64,000 bases of DNA from Spirochaetia bacterium. GTDB taxonomy: Bacteria; Spirochaetota; Spirochaetia; JABMQR01. The position numbers and the translations under genes were made by a program. The DNA lies in assembly GCA_021736525.1 (NCBI GenBank), contig JAIPFR010000001.1:891-64890 (forward strand), given 5' to 3'. Under the pieces are notes generated by a model that searched no databases, was not told the DNA's origin, and saw nothing but the letters and a program-made list of their open reading frames with translations. Below, one piece after another: positions 27,805 through 37,168 of the stretch (the first letter of the stretch is position 1; every line of letters begins with the position of its first letter).

Positions 27805-28411
27805 AGATGTGTACAATCTGGGAGAAGAGGGTGATGTCTGCACTGTTGCCGACGGTTATGCGAGAAACTTTCTGCTTCCGAAGAAGTTAGCTGTTCTCTT
27901 TAACAATACTAACGTTGCCTTTTTCAAGAGCCGTGAAGCCTCTATAAAAAAGAAAAAAGAAGAGAAGCGAAAAAAGGCACTATCCTTTAAAGAATCTATT
28001 GAGGAAATGTCTTTGGAACTCCGCGTTTCAGCTGGTGAATCAGGCAAGCTTTTTGGAGCAGTAACGTCAGCTTCCATAGCAGAAGCTCTGGCAAGGGAAG
28101 GAGTACATATTGAAAAGAAAAAAATCGATGTACCCTCTCATTCCATAAAAATGGTTGGCACCTACATTATTAAAGTACGGCTCTACGAGAGTGAAACAGC
28201 TGATCTGAAAATTGAGATTGTTAATGAACGATCAGCTGAATTACGTGATAAAGCAGCAGCTGCTGCTGCAAAGGCTGCTGCCAAAGCAGCTGCAGGATCG
28301 GCTCCTGAGACAGCAAAGGAAGAAGTTGTCCAAAAAGAACCAGTTGATGAAATTATCGGTTATGGTGATACGGAATTTGCCGATGAGGAAGATGACGACG
28401 AGGATCTATAA
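27785..28411 (+). CDS. rplI: 50S ribosomal protein L9 with Ala/Lys-rich and acidic C-terminal extension
   Basis: [37 protein letters not shown] is canonical bL9; RBS AGGAG 7 nt upstream; 208 aa vs ~150 typical. Confidence 0.85.
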   Translation: [208 protein letters not shown]

Positions 28412-28416
28412 TTAAG

Positions 28417-29769
28417 ATGATGCCGGCCGGAAATTTGGGGAGAGTACCTCCACATAGTGAGGATGTTGAAAAAGCTGTTCTCGGGGCTGTACTTCTTTCA
28501 AGTGAAGCCCTTGAGAAAGCTTTGGAAATTCTCCGGCCTGAAGATTTTTATAAAACATCCCACAAGCTTATTTTTGAATCGATTCAGCATTTATCGAACA
28601 GCCAGAATGCAGCAGATTTGATCAGTCTCACAGATATGCTGCGACAGAGAGATCATCTAGATAAAGCCGGCGGTCCTTCGTATATAGCAGCTCTGACCTC
28701 TGATGTTCCAACAACAGCCAATGTAGATTACTACGCAAAAATAATTCGCAATAACAGTTTTCGACGTAAACTTATAACTATCTCAAGTGAACTTACCTCA
28801 AGAGCTTACGATGAATCGGAAGATACCCAGGAACTTATAGCAGAAGCTGAAAAAAAAATATTTGAGATTCTGGATAATTCCAGTATGTCAAATCAATACC
28901 AGGATGCCGGAACAATCGTAACTGAAACGGTAAATGTAATAGAGAAACTCTACCACGCAGGAGGGGACTATACAGGTGTTCCATCTGGATTCCCCGAGCT
29001 TGATCAGTTTACCAGCGGCTTCCAGAATTCTGAATATATCGTAATTGGAGCCCGCCCGTCAGTTGGAAAAACAGCGTTAGCTCTAACCATGGCCTCTTAT
29101 ATGGCAGTTCAGAAGAAAATTCCCATTGGCTTTTTTACTCTTGAGATGTCAGGCAAGTCATTAATGCAAAGACTGCTTTCTGCTGAAGCCAAAATAGATT
29201 CAAGCAGAATCCGAAACGGCATGCTCAAGCATTCAGATTTCAGTAAACTGACAGAGGCTGCCGGCAGATTGTACGAATCACCTCTCTATATAGAGGATAC
29301 CCCGAACATCAAGCTGCTGGAACTTAGAGCCCAGGCCAGAAGGATGAAAAAGAATGAGAAAATTCGCGCTTTGTTTATTGATTATATTGGATTAATAGAA
29401 GCGGAGAGTAAAAATAATATTCCCCGCCATGAACAGGTTGCAGAAATTTCACGCTCGCTTAAATCATTGGCAAGGGAACTTGATATTCCTGTTATTGCCC
29501 TGTCTCAGGTTGGAAGACAGTCGGAGGGCAAAGAACCAACACTTGCAGATCTCCGTGAATCAGGTTCGATAGAACAGGATGCTGATGTTGTTATGTTTAT
29601 TCATAAGCAGCGTGAAACTGACAAAGAACTTGATCACAATGCAAAAACTACGATTGAAACCGATTTAATTCTTGCAAAACAGAGAAATGGACCTGTTGGT
29701 ACGTGTAAACTGGTATTCATTCCTCGCTTTACCAGATTTGAGTCTCTTGCCAAAGGCAGCAAACCCTGA
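28417..29769 (+). CDS. dnaB: replicative DNA helicase
   Basis: DnaB N-domain (EKAVLGAVLL), Walker A GARPSVGKTALAL, RecA-like core; 450 aa. Confidence 0.9.
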   Translation: MMPAGNLGRVPPHSEDVEKAVLGAVLLSSEALEKALEILRPEDFYKTSHKLIFESIQHLSNSQNAADLISLTDMLRQRDHLDKAGGPSYIAALTSDVPTTANVDYYAKIIRNNSFRRKLITISSELTSRAYDESEDTQELIAEAEKKIFEILDNSSMSNQYQDAGTIVTETVNVIEKLYHAGGDYTGVPSGFPELDQFTSGFQNSEYIVIGARPSVGKTALALTMASYMAVQKKIPIGFFTLEMSGKSLMQRLLSAEAKIDSSRIRNGMLKHSDFSKLTEAAGRLYESPLYIEDTPNIKLLELRAQARRMKKNEKIRALFIDYIGLIEAESKNNIPRHEQVAEISRSLKSLARELDIPVIALSQVGRQSEGKEPTLADLRESGSIEQDADVVMFIHKQRETDKELDHNAKTTIETDLILAKQRNGPVGTCKLVFIPRFTRFESLAKGSKP

Positions 29770-29786
29770 GACAGAGAGAGCTGCTC

Positions 29787-31163
29787 TTACCCCAGAAAAT
29801 ATCTCAGATCATTGAATACGGTAAAGAAAAGCAAGGTGAAAAGGATACCAAAACCGACAATCTGTAAAATGTAGTATTTACGTGGAGAAATTTGTCGTCT
29901 TGTAAGTCCCTCAGCAGCCGCAAGAACCATTTGACCGCCATCCAATGCGGGTATCGGCAGTAAATTTGCGAACCCTAAAGCTACACTCACAAAGCCCAGC
30001 AGCTGCAGCAATGTACGAATTCCTGTAATAAAACTTTGCCGGAAGCCCGCAGCAGCGGCCTCACCTACAAGGTAAGTGATCTTTATAGGGCCAGCCATGG
30101 CTTCTTCCAGATCTAACCCTTTAAAAAGCATTCCAATACTTTTAAATGTGAGAGAGAATGTAGAAGCCATTTCCTTAATTCCTTTGCCAAGGGCATCAAT
30201 GAGTGATTCTGCTTTATTAGTAATCGTCAGTGATGGGAATCCAAATTGAATCGTAACATTACCGTCATCACTTTTCGCCGGTATATAGGTTAGAACAGTC
30301 TCACGATTTTCTCGTTCAACAGTAACTTCAAATCTATTGCTGATACTCTGGGATATACTATTGTAAAAACCCAGGGCATGGGTAACCGGTTCATTCCCGA
30401 CGCTCTTTAACAAGTCGCCAACTTGAAAACCGGCAGCTTCTTCCGGGGACCCGGGAGGAAAGGATGTAATGATCGGCTCTATCCAGGCATATATGCCTAT
30501 TATACCGGAACCTGTTTTCCGATCTATTTCCGGTATTATTATCGTTGAGTATTCGGTTCCTTCACGCTGGTAGACAAGAGGAAGTTCTTTTTCAGCATTT
30601 GTGATAAGAGCATCCTGGATATCGGAAAAATTAGAGATAGGATTATTACCAATTTTGATAATGTAATCTCCAGACTGAAGACCAGCTTTTACTGCCGGAC
30701 TCTCCTGCGATCCGTCATTTCCGGATAATATCGGGAATTCAGAAACAAGAATTATCCGGTTAGAGTAGGTCGGGTATTCATAGCCAATTGCCCAGACGCT
30801 GGAAAAAAGGATAACAGCAAAGATCAAATTGAAAACAGGACCAGCAGCATACGTAAGAAAACGTCTTATGGGTGTTACAGAAAATAGTGATCCAGGCTCC
30901 TTGGGAAAGGTTGAATACTTGTTGTCGAGAGCTTTGCGAAAAGCCTCTTCACCCTTAAGTTTGCAATAACCTCCAACAGGAAACAGATTAAGCTTGTATT
31001 GGGTGTTTTTATGAGTGAATTGCTTCAGAGTTTTCCCCCAACCCACAGCGAATGCTTCAACTTCAATCCCTGAGAGTCTGGCTGCCAGCAAATGTCCATA
31101 CTCATGGACAATAATGACTATGCCCAACCCGAATAACCCCAGAAGGATTGTAATTATAATCAT
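29787..31163 (-). CDS. rseP: RIP zinc metalloprotease RseP (site-2 protease) with PDZ domains
   Basis: HEYGHLLAAR HExxH motif in first TM region, central PDZ repeats, C-terminal LDGG motif; overlaps dxr stop. Confidence 0.85.
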   Translation of the reverse strand: MIIITILLGLFGLGIVIIVHEYGHLLAARLSGIEVEAFAVGWGKTLKQFTHKNTQYKLNLFPVGGYCKLKGEEAFRKALDNKYSTFPKEPGSLFSVTPIRRFLTYAAGPVFNLIFAVILFSSVWAIGYEYPTYSNRIILVSEFPILSGNDGSQESPAVKAGLQSGDYIIKIGNNPISNFSDIQDALITNAEKELPLVYQREGTEYSTIIIPEIDRKTGSGIIGIYAWIEPIITSFPPGSPEEAAGFQVGDLLKSVGNEPVTHALGFYNSISQSISNRFEVTVERENRETVLTYIPAKSDDGNVTIQFGFPSLTITNKAESLIDALGKGIKEMASTFSLTFKSIGMLFKGLDLEEAMAGPIKITYLVGEAAAAGFRQSFITGIRTLLQLLGFVSVALGFANLLPIPALDGGQMVLAAAEGLTRRQISPRKYYILQIVGFGILFTLLFFTVFNDLRYFLG

Positions 31164-32320
31164 AATACTTTAACAAACTCCTTGCTTTTTCGACGAATAG
31201 CTTCATCTATGGCGAAAACATCATCAAAGTCTGCAGGGTTTTGTGACCAGTCAAGCTGCAGAACTCTGTCAGTCAGTTCAGCAATCTGCAAAAAGGAGAT
31301 GACACCTTTGGAGAATTCATCAACGGCTATCTCATTGACAGCATTATAGGCAATGGTATATGCGCCTTTTGCAGCCAATGCCTGATAGGCAAATTTCAGC
31401 ATTGGGAATTTCTGAGTATCCGGATTCTCAAAGGTAAGCGTGTGACCGACAATATCAAAAGGAACTATAGTCCTGTCAGAGATTTCAGGATAGCAAAGTG
31501 CATTTATTATAGGGATTTTCATGTCAGCAGAGCTTAGTTGGGCATACAGGCAGCCGTCAGTTGTAGATATCAAAGAATGAACTATACTTTGAGGATGCAC
31601 TACAACTTTTATTTTGTCAGAGGGGGTGCCGAAAAACATCTGAGTCTCTATTACCTCAAGACCTTTATTTGCGAGAGTTGCAGAATCAATAGATATTTTG
31701 TTTCCCATATTCCATGTCGGATGCTTAAGTGCATCCTGGATCGTAATCGAAGAAAAGGTCTCAACAGGTCTGGTGCGAAAAGGTCCGCCTGAAGCAGTGA
31801 GAATAATTGAATCAATGAATTTCTCCGGCCTGAACCGAGTCAGCTGAAAAATAGCCGAATGTTCAGAATCTACAGGAATTATCCTGCAGTTATGCTTTTC
31901 TGCCAAAGGAAAGATCAGGGGACCAGCCATTACAACTGTTTCTTTATTTGCCAGAACAAGATCTTTCCCAGATTCCAAAGCTGCAATTGATGGACCGAGA
32001 CCGGCTGCGCCTGCAATCGCATTCACTACAATATCAGCATCTGATGAGCTGATCATTTCAAGAAGACCTTCTTTTCCGTAATAGGTGAACTTTCCAGCAG
32101 TATTAACTGATGGTTCAGAGATCGTGGTATCTGCAGAGTTTCCTGAATAAGCAGTTACTACTGAATTTCCGAACCGCTTCTGCAGTTCCAGCAGCTTTAC
32201 CCCGTTTGTGTGACTCGATAATCCTGTAATTTCAAATTTATCAGTAAAAGCTGCTGCAGCATCCAGAGTACTGCTTCCTATTGAACCAGTGCTTCCGAGT
32301 AGTAATATTTTTTTCTTCAT
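31160..32320 (-). CDS. dxr: 1-deoxy-D-xylulose 5-phosphate reductoisomerase
   Basis: N-terminal LLGSTGSIGSSTLD NADPH-binding motif, 386 aa. Confidence 0.9.
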   Translation of the reverse strand: MKKKILLLGSTGSIGSSTLDAAAAFTDKFEITGLSSHTNGVKLLELQKRFGNSVVTAYSGNSADTTISEPSVNTAGKFTYYGKEGLLEMISSSDADIVVNAIAGAAGLGPSIAALESGKDLVLANKETVVMAGPLIFPLAEKHNCRIIPVDSEHSAIFQLTRFRPEKFIDSIILTASGGPFRTRPVETFSSITIQDALKHPTWNMGNKISIDSATLANKGLEVIETQMFFGTPSDKIKVVVHPQSIVHSLISTTDGCLYAQLSSADMKIPIINALCYPEISDRTIVPFDIVGHTLTFENPDTQKFPMLKFAYQALAAKGAYTIAYNAVNEIAVDEFSKGVISFLQIAELTDRVLQLDWSQNPADFDDVFAIDEAIRRKSKEFVKVL

Positions 32321-32323
32321 GGA

Positions 32324-33178
32324 TTACCCCGTTTGAATTACTGTAACAAAAATATAGAAAAAAGGGGCGGAAAAGACAATGGAATCAATAGAGTCAAGAA
32401 TTCCACCACGACCCGGCATAAGCACTCCAGAATCTTTTGATTTTGCCGAACGTTTTAAAACAGACTCAAAAAGATCGCCGATATTTGAGGTTACTGAAAT
32501 CAGAAGAAAAAGAAGTGCTTCCAGCAACCATGTTGTTCGTGCCGGAAAAATTGTGGGGATGAGGGCCAGATACACAAACCCGATTACGACAGTCATAACA
32601 GTACCGCCGACAAATCCAGCGGTACTTTTCCCCGGGCTGACCTTGAATATATTACGAGATGATTTCCCTAAACTCATCCCGAAAAGATAGGCAAATACGT
32701 CATTTGAGAATATAAGGAGAAAAAGCATAACAAGAAGCCAGCCCGCATGTTCCAGACTTGTCAGTTTAATGAGAAAAATTACAAAAAGGGCAGGGTAGAA
32801 AGCAATTATGAGATTTGAGCCTATTCTTGCTGCCGACCCGGAAAAATTATCAATATGGCCAGTAAGAATTTCATCTCCGCAAATAATCAGGACAATGAAA
32901 AGAAAAACCAACTCAAGAATCGGAAATCCCGGAAAATAAAAAATGCCCAGATGAGATGCGACAGGTATGAGAATGGTAATCCAGGGAGAAAACCGAAGCC
33001 TGAGCCCAGTATTTGCATGCATCATCAACGCATGAGTCTCTTTGGAGCCCAGAAAGGTGAAAACAATGATGACAGCCAGAAAAGCAGCATAGTTTAGATA
33101 GTAAAGAAAAAAAATAACACTTAATATCAGGGGAATTCCAATAACAGTAATAAGAATTCTCTTAAGGACTGTTTTCAA
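32324..33178 (-). CDS. cdsA: phosphatidate cytidylyltransferase
   Basis: Polytopic membrane protein with C-terminal CdsA signature GRGGILDSIDSIVFSAP. Confidence 0.8.
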   Translation of the reverse strand: MKTVLKRILITVIGIPLILSVIFFLYYLNYAAFLAVIIVFTFLGSKETHALMMHANTGLRLRFSPWITILIPVASHLGIFYFPGFPILELVFLFIVLIICGDEILTGHIDNFSGSAARIGSNLIIAFYPALFVIFLIKLTSLEHAGWLLVMLFLLIFSNDVFAYLFGMSLGKSSRNIFKVSPGKSTAGFVGGTVMTVVIGFVYLALIPTIFPARTTWLLEALLFLLISVTSNIGDLFESVLKRSAKSKDSGVLMPGRGGILDSIDSIVFSAPFFYIFVTVIQTG

Positions 33179-33924
33179 TTATCAATTCCCCCGTAATTAC
33201 GTTTTCTGTTTCGGAAGTCGACTAAGGCATTGTCCAGATCACCAGCTTTCCAATCCGGCCAGAGTTTATCACTAAAAAAGAGTTCTGAATAGGCACTCTG
33301 CCAAAGCAGAAAGTTACTTAAACGTCTCTCTCCAGCTGTGCGGATGATCAGGTCAGGATCGGGAATTTCAGGATTATCTAAAAATTTCCGAAAAGAAATC
33401 TCAAGAGCATGTCGGTCAGAACCAGCAGAAGAATCAGCAATAGCGTGGAGTTTGAATGCCTTTTCCATGCCCCTGACTATTTCATTCCTTCCGCCGTAAT
33501 TAATTGCAAGACAAACTGTCAGTCCAGTATGAGCGGCAGTATATGCAGCAGCTTCGTCAATAACAGCTGCAACATTTACAGGAAGGCCGCTGCGGTCTCC
33601 AGTATGCAGTATTCTAATGTTCTGTTCTCGATAGAATGGGTATTCTTTTCTTATATATTTTGATATGAGGCCCATAAGAAATGAAACTTCCTGCTCTGAA
33701 CGTTTCCAGTTTTCCGTAGAAAACGCGTAAAGCGTTAAAAAAGAAATATGTCTTACAACAGCAGCCCGTATTATTCTTTTTGCCGCTTTAAGTCCTTCAA
33801 GGTGCCCGGAAGTTCTAGGCATCTTACGGAAATGTGCCCAGCGACCATTACCATCCATGATGATGCCAATATGCTGCGGTATGGACGGATCAGGGTCAGG
33901 GGATTTGTTGTTCCGGGCTTCCAT
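33175..33924 (-). CDS. uppS: isoprenyl transferase / undecaprenyl diphosphate synthase
   Basis: HIGIIMDGNGRWA cis-prenyltransferase motif; 249 aa. Confidence 0.9.
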   Translation of the reverse strand: MEARNNKSPDPDPSIPQHIGIIMDGNGRWAHFRKMPRTSGHLEGLKAAKRIIRAAVVRHISFLTLYAFSTENWKRSEQEVSFLMGLISKYIRKEYPFYREQNIRILHTGDRSGLPVNVAAVIDEAAAYTAAHTGLTVCLAINYGGRNEIVRGMEKAFKLHAIADSSAGSDRHALEISFRKFLDNPEIPDPDLIIRTAGERRLSNFLLWQSAYSELFFSDKLWPDWKAGDLDNALVDFRNRKRNYGGIDN

Positions 33925-34478
33925 TAAACTTCCATAATTTCCTGTTCTTTTTTATCGAGCAGAATATTGATTTCTGAAACAAAGGTGTCTGTAATTTTTT
34001 GAATTGAATCTTGACCCTGCTTAAGATCATCTTCGGTTATAGTTTTTTGCTTCTCAAGCTTTTTCAGTTCATCTATAGCATCACGTCTGATATTTCTCAC
34101 AGCTACACGGCTGTTTTCAGCGATATTCTTTGCAAGTTTTACAAGTTCTTTACGCCTTTCCTCGGTAAGCGGAGGTATATTAATTCTTATAAGTTTTCCG
34201 TCATTGTTCGGGTTCAAAGAAAGCTCCGATTTGAGCAGTGCCCGTTCAATTGGTGCAAGGAGAGATTTATCCCAGGGCTGAATGACAACGAGCCTTGCTT
34301 CAGGCACTGAAATACTGGCTACCTGACTTAGCGGAGTCTCCTGACCATAGTAATCGACTTTAATTTTGTCAAATAGTGCAGTTGAAGCCCTGCCGGACCT
34401 TAGTGTGTTATACTCATTTTCAAGGGCTGTGATGCTTTTCTGCATTCGCTCTTCCATGCTGCTGATAACAGATTTCAT
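33924..34478 (-). CDS. frr: ribosome recycling factor
   Basis: 184 aa, canonical RRF sequence (EERMQKSITALENEYNTLRSGRA...). Confidence 0.9.
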   Translation of the reverse strand: MKSVISSMEERMQKSITALENEYNTLRSGRASTALFDKIKVDYYGQETPLSQVASISVPEARLVVIQPWDKSLLAPIERALLKSELSLNPNNDGKLIRINIPPLTEERRKELVKLAKNIAENSRVAVRNIRRDAIDELKKLEKQKTITEDDLKQGQDSIQKITDTFVSEINILLDKKEQEIMEV

Positions 34479-34560
34479 AATAACTCTCCATCATTTTAGA
34501 ATTAGCATAACCCGAACCTCTGATATTATTGAAAATCGGGGTAAATGCGTTGACATTGCA

Positions 34561-34600
34561 CAAAAAACAACAGGCTATAAGCCGAAAACCTTATAGCCTG
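34561..34600 (-). terminator. Rho-independent terminator between tsf and frr
   Basis: Perfect 11-bp stem CAGGCTATAAG/CTTATAGCCTG with 8-nt loop, followed on the minus strand by TTGTTTTTTG. Confidence 0.65.
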
Positions 34601-34614
34601 CCATATTTGAACAG

Positions 34615-35457
34615 TTATGCTTCTTCACCAACCTTAAAGTATCTGTAGTCTGTAATTTCAAGCTTTGTACCAACTTCTTTCGATAAAGCTGCGAGTACCT
34701 GAGACACACTGGATTTATCATCTTTAACAAAGGGCTGTTGAAGAAAACATATTTCAGAAAAATGTTTATTAATTTTTCCTTTCACGATATTCTCAACAAC
34801 ATTTGCCGGCTTATCCATTGCGGCAACCTGTTTAGTGAAAATGTCTTTCTGTTCCTCGAGATACTCGGCGTCAACAAGCTCCTTGGAAAGATATAATGGA
34901 CTGAATGCTGCAATATGCAGGGCACAATTAAAGAGAAATTCCTTAACAGCTTCATTTGCAAGGACTGCAGTATTATCCGCTTTCATTTTAACAAGGACAC
35001 CTAAAGCCCCTTCGCCATGGATATAGTCAGCTGCTATTTCATTCTCAGCAAGGGGGAGGACTGAAAATCTCTTGAGCGTCATGTTTTCCTTGATGGTGCT
35101 TATCAGATCTTTAACCATGTTTTCTAATTCTTCATCTATTTCCGTTTTGTTTTTCTCGAAAACAGTAGAAAGGAGGGCATCACCTAAGGCAATAAAATCT
35201 TTATTTCTGGCTACAAAATCAGTTTCACATGCGATCTCAAGAATCCCTGCCCGATCTGAAGTGATTTTAGTTGAGATACGTCCATTATTTGTAGCCCGAC
35301 CGCTTCTTTTTGCAGCCGCAGCAAGTCCAAGTTCTTTAAGCTTTTTTTCTGCCTGCTGGAAATTGCCATCGGTTTCAACCAAGGCTTTTTTACAGTCTAG
35401 CATACCTGCACCTGTTTTTTCACGCAGTTTTTTTACGTCTGATGCTTTTATTGTCAC
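34615..35457 (-). CDS. tsf: elongation factor Ts
   Basis: N-terminal UBA-like KLREKTGAGMLDCKKAL, 280 aa. Confidence 0.9.
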   Translation of the reverse strand: MTIKASDVKKLREKTGAGMLDCKKALVETDGNFQQAEKKLKELGLAAAAKRSGRATNNGRISTKITSDRAGILEIACETDFVARNKDFIALGDALLSTVFEKNKTEIDEELENMVKDLISTIKENMTLKRFSVLPLAENEIAADYIHGEGALGVLVKMKADNTAVLANEAVKEFLFNCALHIAAFSPLYLSKELVDAEYLEEQKDIFTKQVAAMDKPANVVENIVKGKINKHFSEICFLQQPFVKDDKSSVSQVLAALSKEVGTKLEITDYRYFKVGEEA

Positions 35458-35529
35458 TCTGTTCTCCTTACACTCATTTTTTATGATATCGAAGAAGTTA
35501 CTTGTCTTTACGAGACAAGTAACAATTTA

Positions 35530-36438
35530 CTACTCTTCGTACAGCGTTTCCTCATCGACAAGTTTGGCTGCCTCTTCATCAACAACGCCCTCAAGTACCG
35601 GGTTTTTTACAGGAGCGTCAACCTTTTCTTCAGCAGGATTGAAATCAGCATAGTCATCTTCTGAATACTCGGTTTCTTCATTAACCAGCACATCCTCACC
35701 TTCGTCAAATGAAGAATCCTCGTTCTCCTCAGAACCGTCAAGCATTTCAAAGCCTATTTCATTATCGGCGTCTACTACCGCATTAGCAATAATTTCTGTA
35801 AATAATGAAATTGCACGAATTGCATCGTCATTGCCCGGAATTGGAAAATCAATATCTGTTGGATCGCAATTTGTATCGACAACGGCTACGATAGGTATGC
35901 CAAGTCGCTTAGCTTCCGCTACCGCTATTGTCTCTTTACGCGTGTCTATGATGAAAATTGCTCCGGGAAGATCCTTCATTTCCTTGATTCCGCCAAGGTT
36001 CTTCTCAAGCTTGGCCCGTTCCCGATTAAGCTTGGCAATTTCTTTTTTAGTCAGACTTTCAAAAGTCCCGTCAACTTCCATCTTCTCTATTTTCTTGAGA
36101 CGATGAATTGATTTTTTTATTGTTGAAAAGTTTGTGAGCATGCCGCCAAGCCAACGGTTGTTCACATAAGGCATACCGCAGCGCTTTGCCTCATCTTCAA
36201 TCGCCTGTTGAGCCTGTTTCTTTGTTCCTATAAAAAGAATTGATTTTCCGTTTTTAACCTGCTCCCTGATTAAGTCATATGCTTCTTTAATGCATACTGT
36301 CGTTTTCTGCAGGTCAATGATGTGAATACCATTTCGTTCGGAAAAGATGAATTTCTTCATCTTTGGATTCCATCGTTTGGTCTGATGACCAAAGTGCACA
36401 CCTGACTCGAGCAGGCTTTTCATACTAACTACTGCCAA
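35530..36438 (-). CDS. rpsB: 30S ribosomal protein S2 with ~80-aa acidic C-terminal tail
   Basis: Start reassigned to TTG at 36436-36438 (GGAGG 6 nt upstream) giving [27 protein letters not shown], the canonical uS2 N-terminus. C-terminus is D/E-rich. Confidence 0.85.
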   Translation of the reverse strand: MAVVSMKSLLESGVHFGHQTKRWNPKMKKFIFSERNGIHIIDLQKTTVCIKEAYDLIREQVKNGKSILFIGTKKQAQQAIEDEAKRCGMPYVNNRWLGGMLTNFSTIKKSIHRLKKIEKMEVDGTFESLTKKEIAKLNRERAKLEKNLGGIKEMKDLPGAIFIIDTRKETIAVAEAKRLGIPIVAVVDTNCDPTDIDFPIPGNDDAIRAISLFTEIIANAVVDADNEIGFEMLDGSEENEDSSFDEGEDVLVNEETEYSEDDYADFNPAEEKVDAPVKNPVLEGVVDEEAAKLVDEETLYEE

Positions 36439-36544
36439 AATATTCCTCCATAACACGTGGTACGCAACTATTAATTATAGCTGTTCAGCGCACCTGCCTT
36501 CTCTGATTCTCACCTGACGGTGGAGATTTTGAGTATCTACATAC

Positions 36545-37168
36545 TCAATTTATTTGTGGGAAAATAAAACCCCGCTTCCGTAATATGCCAAATATTTCAT
36601 GTATTGGCAAGCCTGCGACCGTAAAATAACTTCCTTTAATCGAAGAAATTAAGCGCATCCCCATTCCCTGTATTCTATAAGCGCCGGCAGCCCGGTCCCA
36701 TTCCCCGCTTAGCAGGTAGTCTTCTATCTCTTTCTTTGTTAAGGAAAAAAAGGTAATATCCGCTCGATCCCAACCTGAAAACGTAATTTGTTCGCCCGGA
36801 AAATATACTGCATATCCGGAATATACAGAATGAGCTTTCCCGGATAAAGCTGAAAGCATACTATAAGCTTTCTGCCAGCTGTCAGGTTTGCCGAAGATTT
36901 CATCATTATAAACTACCATTGTATCAGCTGTTATAACAGGATCCGCAATGTTCTCGGTAATTGCTTTGCTTTTAAGCAAAACAGAAAGTTTATGCTTTGC
37001 AAGATGCTCAACTGAATCGCCGGGGAAAGCATGGACAATTTCTTCATCGGCAAAAGTCGGCAAAACGGTTACGCGAAATCCTGCCTGCTCAAGAATGCTT
37101 TTTCTGGCAGGTGAAGCTGAGGCAAGAATGATCCTATTATTAAACGAGTTTACAGGGTCAGGATTCAT
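36545..37168 (-). CDS. maf: Maf-like nucleoside triphosphate pyrophosphatase (septum formation protein)
   Basis: IILASASPARKSIL N-terminal Maf motif; start at ATG 37168 with GAGGAG 7 nt upstream. Confidence 0.8.
   Translation of the reverse strand: MNPDPVNSFNNRIILASASPARKSILEQAGFRVTVLPTFADEEIVHAFPGDSVEHLAKHKLSVLLKSKAITENIADPVITADTMVVYNDEIFGKPDSWQKAYSMLSALSGKAHSVYSGYAVYFPGEQITFSGWDRADITFFSLTKKEIEDYLLSGEWDRAAGAYRIQGMGMRLISSIKGSYFTVAGLPIHEIFGILRKRGFIFPQIN

Noticed and set aside
35072-35653. 193-aa plus-strand ORF antisense to tsf/rpsB, and similar internal antisense ORFs (e.g. 10249-10737, 53155-53526, 58127-58555)
   Set aside because: They lie fully within well-supported conserved genes on the opposite strand and have biased, low-complexity translations. 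They are typical shadow ORFs.
36531-36546. 16-bp palindrome GAGTATCTACATACTC at the maf stop codon
   Set aside because: It overlaps the 3' end of maf and has no adjacent T-run or promoter elements, so it is probably fortuitous or a weak transcript-end structure.
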